From an uncultured Alphaproteobacteria bacterium (GTDB lineage Bacteria; Pseudomonadota; Alphaproteobacteria; Rhodospirillales; Rhodospirillaceae), in contig CACGTM010000003.1 of NCBI GenBank assembly GCA_902575965.1, forward strand, positions 20,660-84,659: 64,000 nt of DNA. Reading direction: 5' to 3'. Positions 19,362 through 27,272 of the stretch are shown one piece after another; the stretch's first letter is position 1; each line of letters begins with the position of its first letter. The notes beneath the pieces were generated by a model. It was not told the DNA's origin. It saw only the letters and a program-made list of their open reading frames with translations, and made no database searches. The translations under genes and the position numbers were made by a program.

Positions 19362-20061
19362 AAAATACATTTCTGAGCAGATTGAATTTTCAAAAATTAT
19401 TAATACGCCCTGCGAGTATTCTATTATTGATAATTTTTTACCGGAAAAGGTTTTTAATGAGATAGATTTAAATTGGCCTTCAGAGGTTATGGTTCCTATT
19501 CCAGAAACTGGGAGGACTAAAAAATATTCAGAGCGAAAAGTAATGTTATTTCAGTCCAAATTTTTAAATGGCCTCGACCAGTTTAAAAGAAATTTTTGGA
19601 TATTAATGCTGAATACATTAATATCAACCGAAGTTATTGACGCTTGCTATAATAAATTTAAGAATACACTCGATAAGCGAATCTCACATTTAGGTAAGAT
19701 AGGTAACATTAGTTCAGAGATGCTTATTGTTAGTGATAAAAATAATTATTCAATAGGACCGCATACTGACTCACGGTCCAGGTTTATCTCTTTGCTTTTA
19801 TACCTTTCAAAGGATAGTAAGTACCAAAATAGTGGCACATGCTTTTATCAGCCCAGGGATATAACAATGCCAGTTCAGCATTTAAAGCATCACAAATTTG
19901 ATGACTTCAACCTTTCTAAGAAAATAAAATATATACCCAATCGTTTAGTAATATTTCCGAGGACTGATGCGTCATATCATGGTGTTGAAAGCATAAATAT
20001 AAATGATTGTGATAGAAGGCTTATAATAATCAATATTAAGGCACCGGAAGGTGCAAAATAA
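19336..20061 (+). CDS. Putative 2OG-Fe(II) oxygenase-like protein
   Basis: It has an HxD (HTDSRS) plus a distal His (SYHGVE) pattern in a ~240 aa protein. The assignment is weak. It overlaps the FkbM gene by 26 nt. Confidence 0.45.
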   Translation: MQNIFLGAKKYISEQIEFSKIINTPCEYSIIDNFLPEKVFNEIDLNWPSEVMVPIPETGRTKKYSERKVMLFQSKFLNGLDQFKRNFWILMLNTLISTEVIDACYNKFKNTLDKRISHLGKIGNISSEMLIVSDKNNYSIGPHTDSRSRFISLLLYLSKDSKYQNSGTCFYQPRDITMPVQHLKHHKFDDFNLSKKIKYIPNRLVIFPRTDASYHGVESININDCDRRLIIINIKAPEGAK

Positions 20062-20087
20062 AAAAATCACATTTTAAATTTCCAGCT

Positions 20088-20162
20088 TGGAGCGGGCGAT
20101 GAGATTTGAACTCACGACCCCAACCTTGGCAAGGTTGTGCTCTACCCCTGAGCTACGCCCGC
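20088..20162 (-). tRNA. tRNA-Gly (anticodon GCC), CCA encoded
   Basis: The reverse complement reads GCGGGCGTAGCTCAGGGGTAGAGCACAACCTTGCCAAGGTTGGGGTCGTGAGTTCAAATCTCATCGCCCGCTCCA. The acceptor, D, anticodon (loop TTGCCAA) and T (GTTCAAATC) arms all fold. Confidence 0.9.
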
Positions 20163-20339
20163 ACTCTCCTGGCTATTATTAGAAGATATTTGAACTATAA
20201 CTGCTTAATATGACTTTGCAAATACTTTGAATATTTTTTTATATTATACAATCAAAATTCTAAGTGTTATTCTTGCTTTTAAAGCAGATTACGTGCATCT
20301 ATTCATATTACTTATTTAGAAACAAACTCAAGAGGCCAT

Positions 20340-21272
20340 ATGCTTGTAGGAGACTTAAATCCAAATTCTGATTCTACTAAAATATCAGGTGATAAGGGAG
20401 AATTAGTAAAGGATTGTACTACCCAGACATTTCAAAAAGATGTCTTGGAGCAATCTCTAGATGTACCGGTTATAGTCGATTTTTGGGCCCCATGGTGTGG
20501 TCCTTGTAAACAACTTGGACCATTGTTGGAGAAAGTTGTAAGAAGTTATGCTGGTAAGGTAAAAATGGTTAAGATTAATGTTGATGAGAATCAACAACTA
20601 GCTGCCCAAATGCAGGTTCAATCAATTCCAGCAGTTTTTGCTTTTAAAGATGGTAAGCCAATTGATGGGTTTATGGGCGCTCTACCTGAAAGCCAATTAA
20701 AAAGTTTTATTGAAAAGTTAACGGCTGGGAGTAGTCATAAGTCTGACGAGTTATTATCTGAAGCAACAAAGTTTTTTGAGGAAAGTAATTATGAGCAGTC
20801 ATTAGAATTATTTGATATGATTTTTAGTGAAGATAGTTCTAATATTAAAGCTTTAGAGGGTTTGTTAAGATCAAATATTAACCTTGGTAAAGATGACGCA
20901 GCAAAAAAGGTTATAGAAGAATTGCCGAAGGAGACACTTACTAAACCTGAAATCGCATCAGTGATAACAGCATTGGAATTAAAAGAAAATACTCTATCAA
21001 ATATTTCACATGATGAAATAGATAAGCTTATAAAACGTAGAGATGAGGAACCAGGAAATCCAACCGTGTTGTTTGACCTCTCAATGGCTTATTATGGAAA
21101 AGATAAATTTTCTGAGGCAGTGTATACTATGCTTGAAGTAATAAAACTTGATCGGGGATGGAATGATGATGCTGCCAGGAAACAGTTGATTAAGTTCTTT
21201 GAGGCTATTGGCCCAACAAATCCAATTACCGTTGAGGGTCGTAAGAAATTATCATCTATATTGTTTAGTTGA
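20340..21272 (+). CDS. Thioredoxin-domain / TPR protein (YbbN/CnoX-like co-chaperone)
   Basis: It has the WAPWCGPCK active site and a TPR-like C-terminal half. Confidence 0.85.
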   Translation: MLVGDLNPNSDSTKISGDKGELVKDCTTQTFQKDVLEQSLDVPVIVDFWAPWCGPCKQLGPLLEKVVRSYAGKVKMVKINVDENQQLAAQMQVQSIPAVFAFKDGKPIDGFMGALPESQLKSFIEKLTAGSSHKSDELLSEATKFFEESNYEQSLELFDMIFSEDSSNIKALEGLLRSNINLGKDDAAKKVIEELPKETLTKPEIASVITALELKENTLSNISHDEIDKLIKRRDEEPGNPTVLFDLSMAYYGKDKFSEAVYTMLEVIKLDRGWNDDAARKQLIKFFEAIGPTNPITVEGRKKLSSILFS

Positions 21273-21294
21273 TTATTTTATAAAGAAAAAAAGA

Positions 21295-21966
21295 ATGCAA
21301 ATTAGAGAGAGGAGCAGTATTATTTTTCCCAGAAAACTTCCGGTATTTCCTCTAAGTGGGGCTCTGCTACTACCTGGTGGCAGGTTGCCTTTAAATATTT
21401 TTGAGAAAAGGTATCTTAATTTAGTTTTAGACGCTCTCGCGCAGGGTAGGATGTTTGGGATGATACAACCTAACCCTGATACTTCAGATTTAGAAAAAGA
21501 TATTACTTCAGACCAGGAGTTGTATAAAATAGGATGTTTAGGAAAAATCGTGTATTTTGAAGAAGCTGATGATGGAAGATTTCTTATTGCGCTAAAAGGT
21601 TTGTCAAGATTTAGTATGGTTCGCGAAGAAGATAATATTAAAGGTTATAGAGTCTTGGAGGTTAATTATGATCAATTTCCGGATGATGTTTTAATGGATA
21701 GCGAATTGATACTTGATAGAAGTAGTATTTTTGATATCCTTCCAAAATATTTGGATTCTCAAGGGCTTAAGCTCAGAATTGACGCAATTGAAGCGCTTTC
21801 TGATTTAGATCTAATACTCACTTTATCAATGATATGCCCTTTCAATACTAGAGAAAAACAGGCTCTTCTTGAATCAAAAAGCTTCAGTGATAGAGCTGAT
21901 ATGTTATTAGCTCTACTACAAATGGGTGTTTTTGGTAATTCGGAAACTGATGAAGTGTTTCAGTAA
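21295..21966 (+). CDS. LON-protease N-terminal substrate-binding domain protein
   Basis: The motif LPVFPLSGALLLPGGRLPLNIFEKRYL is the LON N-domain signature. I prefer the ATG at 21295 to the track's 21199, which overlaps the preceding gene by 74 nt. Confidence 0.75.
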   Translation: MQIRERSSIIFPRKLPVFPLSGALLLPGGRLPLNIFEKRYLNLVLDALAQGRMFGMIQPNPDTSDLEKDITSDQELYKIGCLGKIVYFEEADDGRFLIALKGLSRFSMVREEDNIKGYRVLEVNYDQFPDDVLMDSELILDRSSIFDILPKYLDSQGLKLRIDAIEALSDLDLILTLSMICPFNTREKQALLESKSFSDRADMLLALLQMGVFGNSETDEVFQ

Positions 21967-21992
21967 CTTTAAATATTTAAGGAGAAGGTTCT

Positions 21993-22175
21993 TTGTCTAA
22001 TACATTAGTAGATCCTAAACTCATTGAAATTTTAGTATGCCCCTTAACCAAGGGGGCACTTGAATATGACAAAGAAAACAATGAACTAATTAGTCATCAA
22101 GCAAAATTAGCATACCCAATAAGAGATGGCATACCCATTATGTTGGTTGATGAAGCTAGAAAAATTGATGACTAA
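21993..22175 (+). CDS. Trm112/UPF0434 family protein
   Basis: 60 aa, [19 protein letters not shown]...[13 protein letters not shown]. It uses a TTG start after AAGGAG. Confidence 0.75.
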   Translation: MSNTLVDPKLIEILVCPLTKGALEYDKENNELISHQAKLAYPIRDGIPIMLVDEARKIDD

Positions 22176-22207
22176 ATTTTACTAAATCTGTCAAGATTTT
22201 CAGTATT

Positions 22208-22579
22208 ATGAGCAAACAAAAATTTTATGACCCCTGGCCAAGTGATATTACTTATGAGAGACCGGATAGAATTCTTGTAATCAAATTCACTACCGGAGAA
22301 GAATTTTCTCTTCCAGCTGAATACTTAAGGGTCGAAAGTCCTTCTGCTGAGGTAGTTGGGCATAACGGAAAAAAAAATATTGTATACGGAAGAAAATATG
22401 TAGGAATAACTAGCATTGAAGAAGTTGGAAACTATGCAATTAGATTAATCTTTGATGACCTTCATGACACAGGTATTTACACATGGGAAACACTATATGA
22501 GCTTGGTCAGAAATATAATGAAAACTGGAGAAGATATATTTCTGAACTTAGTAATAGAGGCTTAAGCAGAGAGCCATGA
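22208..22579 (+). CDS. DUF971 (gamma-butyrobetaine hydroxylase-like N-terminal domain) protein
   Basis: 123 aa. The pattern LPAEYLRVESPSAEV...GNYAIRLIFDDLHDTGIYTWETLYELG is typical of DUF971. Confidence 0.65.
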   Translation: MSKQKFYDPWPSDITYERPDRILVIKFTTGEEFSLPAEYLRVESPSAEVVGHNGKKNIVYGRKYVGITSIEEVGNYAIRLIFDDLHDTGIYTWETLYELGQKYNENWRRYISELSNRGLSREP

Positions 22580-22592
22580 GGAAAATAGTAAC

Positions 22593-23774
22593 CTAGTTGC
22601 CGATAGCATGTCTAACAAATTTTTTCTTTAGAATTGGAATATTATTAGTTATCTCCAAGCCTAGGTCTCGAATGAGTTTTATAGAAAAACTATTATTAGA
22701 AAATAGTTTATTAAGTATATCTGTAGTAGCCGCCATTAAAAGATTATCACTTCTTCTTACTTTTTGGAATTCTTCCAAAACTTTTTGAGTGCCTATGTCA
22801 AGTCCATATTTTTTAGTAAAACTTAATATATCAATTAATGCTGAAATATCTCTTATACTTAAATTAAGTCCCTGGCCTGCAATAGGATGAATGGAGTGCG
22901 CTGCATCGCCAATTAAGATAAATCGGTCGCTTATATATTTTTCTGCTAATTGAAGCTTTAGAGGATAGTTAAATCTCCCCCCAAACGTTTCTATGGTTCC
23001 CAAGAAACTACCAATTTTGTCTGATAATTCTTTATTAAAATTTCTCTCATTTAATTTAAGGTATGCATTTGCATTTTCTTTTTTTTCAGTCCAGACAATA
23101 GATGAGTGATTTGGATTCTTTAGTGGGAGAATTGCAAGAGGGCCAGCTTCTAGAAACCTCTCATGGGCTATGTTGTTATGAGAAAACTGATGTTTTATAT
23201 TTGTAATTATAGCAACTTGATTATACTCCCAACCAAATGTAGAAATATTTAGATAATTTCTTAAGAAAGAGTCTTTCCCATCTGCAGCCACTACCAAATC
23301 ACATTCAATGTTTGTTCTGTTAGCTAATTTGATTTTTGCACGATCATTAGTTAAATTTAAATTTTCAATTGATGCTGGTGAAATTATTTTTATCTTTGGG
23401 TTTTTTTTTAAATTAGAAATTAATATTTTTCTCAGATAAGAGTTTTCTATCATGAAACCTAGTGGCTCACCAACAAGCCTGTCCTGTTCAAAATGTAAGT
23501 ATAAAGGTGAGTCACCATCCGACACTCTTATTTCATTTATTGCACCAATCTTGTCTTCCAAATCCTTCCATATGTTTATAAATGAGAGGACTTTTTTACT
23601 TGATGCAGCAAGTGCGGTAGTCCTTGAGTCATAATCAAAATGCTTAAGCTGGTTATAATTAATTTTTTCTATAACACATATATGAAAACCAAATTTTGCA
23701 AGAGCTAATGCCAAAATTGAGCCGGTAAGTCCTCCACCAACAACAGCGATTTCAGCATTTATATTTTTATTCAT
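22593..23774 (-). CDS. UbiH/UbiF/VisC/COQ6-family FAD-dependent ubiquinone-biosynthesis hydroxylase
   Basis: It has an N-terminal GxGxxG (VVGGGLTGS), VAADGKDS and GDAAHSIHPIAGQGLNL. Confidence 0.85.
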   Translation of the reverse strand: MNKNINAEIAVVGGGLTGSILALALAKFGFHICVIEKINYNQLKHFDYDSRTTALAASSKKVLSFINIWKDLEDKIGAINEIRVSDGDSPLYLHFEQDRLVGEPLGFMIENSYLRKILISNLKKNPKIKIISPASIENLNLTNDRAKIKLANRTNIECDLVVAADGKDSFLRNYLNISTFGWEYNQVAIITNIKHQFSHNNIAHERFLEAGPLAILPLKNPNHSSIVWTEKKENANAYLKLNERNFNKELSDKIGSFLGTIETFGGRFNYPLKLQLAEKYISDRFILIGDAAHSIHPIAGQGLNLSIRDISALIDILSFTKKYGLDIGTQKVLEEFQKVRRSDNLLMAATTDILNKLFSNNSFSIKLIRDLGLEITNNIPILKKKFVRHAIGN

Positions 23775-23897
23775 TCCGAGATAACTTATTTTAGTTAATT
23801 TGATAGTTACTTATATTATCTGTAATTAATTAATCAACCTTGGAAAGGATATAAACACTCAAAGTGGTTTTTGGAAATGAAATACTGATATTTAGAT

Positions 23898-23956
23898 AAA
23901 AAAAACCAGCCCTCTCTATTAGTAGGGGGGAGAGAGACTAAAGAAAAGGGCCGGTT
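23898..23956 (-). terminator. Candidate intrinsic terminator, or the 3' end of a structured RNA (minus strand)
   Basis: On the minus strand, AACCGGCCC...GGGCTGGTT forms a 9-bp stem with one mismatch. It encloses an inner CTCTCT/AGAGAG hairpin and is followed directly by T8 (the plus-strand A8 at 23898-23905). Confidence 0.4.
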
Positions 23957-24095
23957 ATAGTTGTGCTTATAAACTTACTGGAGGTAACCATCACCGCCCA
24001 CCGGTGAAAGTAAGTAAGTTTATTAGTATCAGCATTTTATACATGCAATTTACATGCCACTTATAAGCAAGAATCAATTAGTGAATTATTTATAG

Positions 24096-24998
24096 TTACC
24101 TTGAGTGTTTATAAACAAAAGAAGAGAGTTCTTTATTGAACCTAATTGGAGATTCCATGAAAGGAGCATGACCAATGTCATTATAAGTTGATAATTCAGA
24201 GTTAGGGAGGGCATTTGCAACCTTAATTACATCAGTATAATTGACTATCCTGTCATCTGTCCCATGGCTGATTAAAACAGGTATTGATAATTTATGAATT
24301 AAATCGCTATTGTCCTTCGGATAACCTAGCATTGCCTTTCTTACGTATGGGGGAGTAAGCATATTAAGTATAATGTTATTTTCTCTATCCGGATCTGATA
24401 ATTTTTTCTTTACCATTAAATCAACAAAATATTTAACACCTAACAAGTTTTCTTCAATATTAGGGGAGATTAGCTGTTGCATCCAAACTCTATTTTCTCC
24501 TGGCCGAGGTGGGGGTGGTGATATAGGACCCAACAGAGAAGTATTTGCACCAACAAGGTTTATACCTGAAATTTGTTCTATTCCATAATATCTTACATAA
24601 TTCATTATAACAAACCCAGCCCAAGACCAGCCAACAAGTATAGGTTTTTTTAGACCTAAAGCATTAATAATATTTGACACATCACTGGCCCAAAGTTCCT
24701 GCGATTGGTAAGCTTTGGGATTAATGGGTTTTTCTGAAGAACCATGTCCACGTAAATCAAAAGCAATTAATGAGAAATTGTTGGTTAGATTACTTGTGAA
24801 TTGCTTATTCCAGCTGAAATAAGATTGAGAGAATCCATGAATAAATAGTATATCAGGGCCGTCCTGATTTCCAAAACGAGCAACATTAAGATTTGTGCCA
24901 TCATCACTTTTCACATTTACAAAATTTGGTGACATGTTCCCTGCTGTTAGATCTAAAGATATTGCAGATACATAAAAGAAAAAGAAATATCGAAGCAT
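24096..24998 (-). CDS. Secreted alpha/beta-fold hydrolase
   Basis: It has an N-terminal signal-like segment, HGF (oxyanion), GWSWAG (nucleophile elbow) and a C-terminal GHAPF. Confidence 0.8.
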   Translation of the reverse strand: MLRYFFFFYVSAISLDLTAGNMSPNFVNVKSDDGTNLNVARFGNQDGPDILFIHGFSQSYFSWNKQFTSNLTNNFSLIAFDLRGHGSSEKPINPKAYQSQELWASDVSNIINALGLKKPILVGWSWAGFVIMNYVRYYGIEQISGINLVGANTSLLGPISPPPPRPGENRVWMQQLISPNIEENLLGVKYFVDLMVKKKLSDPDRENNIILNMLTPPYVRKAMLGYPKDNSDLIHKLSIPVLISHGTDDRIVNYTDVIKVANALPNSELSTYNDIGHAPFMESPIRFNKELSSFVYKHSR

Positions 24999-25234
24999 AT
25001 TTTCCTTTATTTGTTATTATTTAATATATTTTTGAGATTACACATAGGTTTAGCAAAATGCTATTTAAATAGTAATACGGAGTCGAACAATTTTCTTGGA
25101 GTATTCGTAATAAAAAAGTAGGTTTTCTATGTTACTAAAACATTGATATTAATCACTATTTTGTAAATTATTAGTATAAATCTAAATTTAAGCGTAACAT
25201 CGTTGTTCAGTTATATCTAAGGTCGAGTGCTTAT

Positions 25235-25738
25235 ATGGAATCGTTGCCTCAGGCTGGGATTACCCGATCAGGCGTAACTGCAACGGTCAAGTGGTTCAAC
25301 CCAGCAAAAGGATTTGGTTTTGTCGCTCCTTCTGACGGGACAGCTGATGCTTTTTTGCATGTATCAGTTTTACACGAGGCAGGTTTAAGAACCCTTCGTC
25401 AGGGTGCAACGATAAACTGCGATATTTCGGATGGTCCTAAAGGACCACAGGTAGCGAATATCAAAGATGTAGATAATTCCACTGTTAATGAAGAAAAAAT
25501 AGAGGGAAACGTATCGGAATTAAATTGCGAAATCAAATTCTTTGCTTCAGAAAAAGGTTATGGTTTCGGCGTTCCAGAGGAAGGCGGAAGTGATATTTTT
25601 ATTGGAATAAGTGCTCTTCAGAGATCAAATTTAGACCGTTTAGAACCCGGACAGAAAGTTAAACTAAAAGTTCAGGATGGAGAGAAAGGTCCTATGGCGA
25701 TAGAGATAGAGATCCTATCCGATAAAAACTCCAGTTAG
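25235..25738 (+). CDS. Cold-shock-domain protein with two tandem CSDs
   Basis: It has two RNP1-like motifs, KGFGFV (aa ~25) and KGYGFGV (aa ~107). A 236-nt leader lies upstream. Confidence 0.9.
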   Translation: MESLPQAGITRSGVTATVKWFNPAKGFGFVAPSDGTADAFLHVSVLHEAGLRTLRQGATINCDISDGPKGPQVANIKDVDNSTVNEEKIEGNVSELNCEIKFFASEKGYGFGVPEEGGSDIFIGISALQRSNLDRLEPGQKVKLKVQDGEKGPMAIEIEILSDKNSS

Positions 25739-25760
25739 CCTAGCTGTTTGATAAAAATGA

Positions 25761-26132
25761 TTATTCAGCATTCTTCCTGATATAATTTTTATCGAAATCA
25801 TTATTAAAAAGTCTTTCAAACCAATCTAGTATTAATGGTTTAGTATTTTTCTCATTTACACAGTCTATTTTAATATTTTTCCTAATAAATGGATTATAAA
25901 ACTCATTAGAAGGGTTATCATTAAATTTACATACAGATAGCACTTCTCCATTATCAACATTGTCATCATTTTCAATAAAGCCATTTAGCCACATTACAAA
26001 TATTCCAAGAAATAAAGTAATTAATATGGCTATGATTGAGGCTAAAATAATCCTGCGAAAATATGATTTGTAATTCATGAAGACAGTTACAATGAAATTG
26101 AATAACTTTGCAAGGTTTGATATTCTAATCAA
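25761..26132 (-). CDS. Hypothetical single-pass membrane protein
   Basis: I recognise no family. It has one TM helix (RRIILASIIAILITLFLGIFVMW). The start is ambiguous: TTG at 26132 or ATG at 26078. Confidence 0.4.
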   Translation of the reverse strand: MIRISNLAKLFNFIVTVFMNYKSYFRRIILASIIAILITLFLGIFVMWLNGFIENDDNVDNGEVLSVCKFNDNPSNEFYNPFIRKNIKIDCVNEKNTKPLILDWFERLFNNDFDKNYIRKNAE

Positions 26133-26228
26133 AATTAATAATTTTTGATAATTAATTAAAGTTATTATGTTTTGTATAATAATTAATCATAATGTTAATA
26201 TTTAGATATTAAACTTACAAAGTTTTTG

Positions 26229-26639
26229 ATGGAGTCTAAAAGAATGATAAATTTAGAGAAGAAACTCCGTGCAGCTGGTTTGCGTCCAACAAAACAAAGG
26301 TTATTGATCTCTAATTATCTTTTTTCAGGGTCACATATGCATGTAACTGCTGACTCACTTTATTCAGAGCTCTCAAAAAGTGGAGTTAATATTTCATTAG
26401 CTACAATTTATAATGTGCTAAACATTTTTACATCTCATGGATTATTGAGGGAGATTTCCATTGACTCATCACGCTCATATTTTGATACAAACACAAAAAA
26501 GCATTATCACTATTACTATGAAAAAACCGCTAAATTAGAAGATATTGATATTGAAAAACTTCAAATAAACCCATTACCAGAAAAAAGGAATGGATTTGAT
26601 GTTAGCTCCATAGACATAGTCATAAGGGTTAACGGCTAA
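26229..26639 (+). CDS. irr: Fur-family regulator, Irr (iron response regulator) type
   Basis: The winged-helix part reads LRPTKQRLLISNYLF...ATIYNVLNIFTSHGLLREI. The C-terminal half lacks the CxxC pairs of Fur/Zur. It has HYHYYYE where Irr proteins carry HHH. The ATG is at 26229. Confidence 0.75.
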   Translation: MESKRMINLEKKLRAAGLRPTKQRLLISNYLFSGSHMHVTADSLYSELSKSGVNISLATIYNVLNIFTSHGLLREISIDSSRSYFDTNTKKHYHYYYEKTAKLEDIDIEKLQINPLPEKRNGFDVSSIDIVIRVNG

Positions 26640-26643
26640 GGTT

Positions 26644-26660
26644 TTTAGAACTATTCTAAA
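26644..26660. promoter_or_regulatory. Perfect ICE (iron control element) / Irr box, TTTAGAA-N3-TTCTAAA
   Basis: The sequence TTTAGAACTATTCTAAA is an exact 7-3-7 palindrome. It lies 5 nt after the irr stop and 127 nt upstream of the rubrerythrin ATG. It matches the consensus described for Bradyrhizobium Irr targets. Confidence 0.7.
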
Positions 26661-26786
26661 CTAGTTGACTTTTATAATTAATCAATCCAGAATAAGATTA
26701 AATCAGATATTCAATGAATAAGAAAATTATAAACCAAAAAACCAAAATAAACGTAAAGATTATATAATTAACTATGAGGTGAAAAA

Positions 26787-27206
26787 ATGGCACAGCTTAA
26801 AGGAAGTAAAACAGAAGACAATTTGAAAGCTGCTTTTGCAGGTGAAAGTCAAGCAAATAGGAGATATTTATATTTTGCGCAAAAAGCTGACATTGAGGGC
26901 GAAAATGAAATCTCAGCACTTTTTAGAAGCACAGCTGAGGGTGAAACAGGTCATGCGCATGGACATCTTGAATATCTAGAAGAAGCCGGAGACCCTGCTA
27001 CTGGTTTACCTATCGGAAGTACAAAAATTAATTTAGAAGCTTCTGTTGCCGGTGAAACACATGAGTATACTGACATGTATCCAGGAATGGCAAAGACTGC
27101 AAGAGAAGAGGGTTTTGAAGAAATTGCTGATTGGTTTGAAACTCTAGCAAAAGCGGAAAAATCCCATGCAGGTAAATTTCAAAAGGCTTTAGATTCTATC
27201 AGTTAG
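26787..27206 (+). CDS. Rubrerythrin-family diiron protein (no rubredoxin domain)
   Basis: 139 aa. [23 protein letters not shown], ExxH pairs ([12 protein letters not shown]; AGETHEY) and [11 protein letters not shown] form a ferritin-like four-helix-bundle pattern. Confidence 0.85.
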   Translation: MAQLKGSKTEDNLKAAFAGESQANRRYLYFAQKADIEGENEISALFRSTAEGETGHAHGHLEYLEEAGDPATGLPIGSTKINLEASVAGETHEYTDMYPGMAKTAREEGFEEIADWFETLAKAEKSHAGKFQKALDSIS

Positions 27207-27272
27207 AACTACAAGTCATTAGTAATTACCACCCGGTTATAAAAAACTTTTTTTCAATTTATTGAGGCCAAA

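Noticed and set aside
21199-21294. An upstream extension of the LON-domain gene that overlaps the thioredoxin gene by 74 nt.
   Set aside because: The extension has no homology-like features. The internal ATG at 21295 starts right before the conserved LPVFPL motif and removes the overlap.
23898-24023. Identity of the structured intergenic element as SRP RNA, tmRNA, RNase P RNA or 6S RNA.
   Set aside because: It lacks the SRP domain IV GGAA/AGCA motifs, has no tRNA-like T arm (GGTTCGA), has no GAGGAAAGTCC P4 motif, and is too short for 6S. I keep it only as an unclassified structure or terminator.
26133-26225. Fur-box-like AT-rich stretches (GATAATTAATTAAAGTTAT, ATAATTAATCATAATG) upstream of irr.
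   Set aside because: Only about 9 of 19 positions match the GATAATGATAATCATTATC consensus. Such matches are expected by chance in DNA of this composition.
26715-26768. A 17-codon Lys/Asn/Ile-rich upstream ORF (MNKKIINQKTKINVKII) in the rubrerythrin leader.
   Set aside because: It has no Shine-Dalgarno sequence, and its composition is what random AT-rich DNA gives. I saw no attenuator-like alternative structures.
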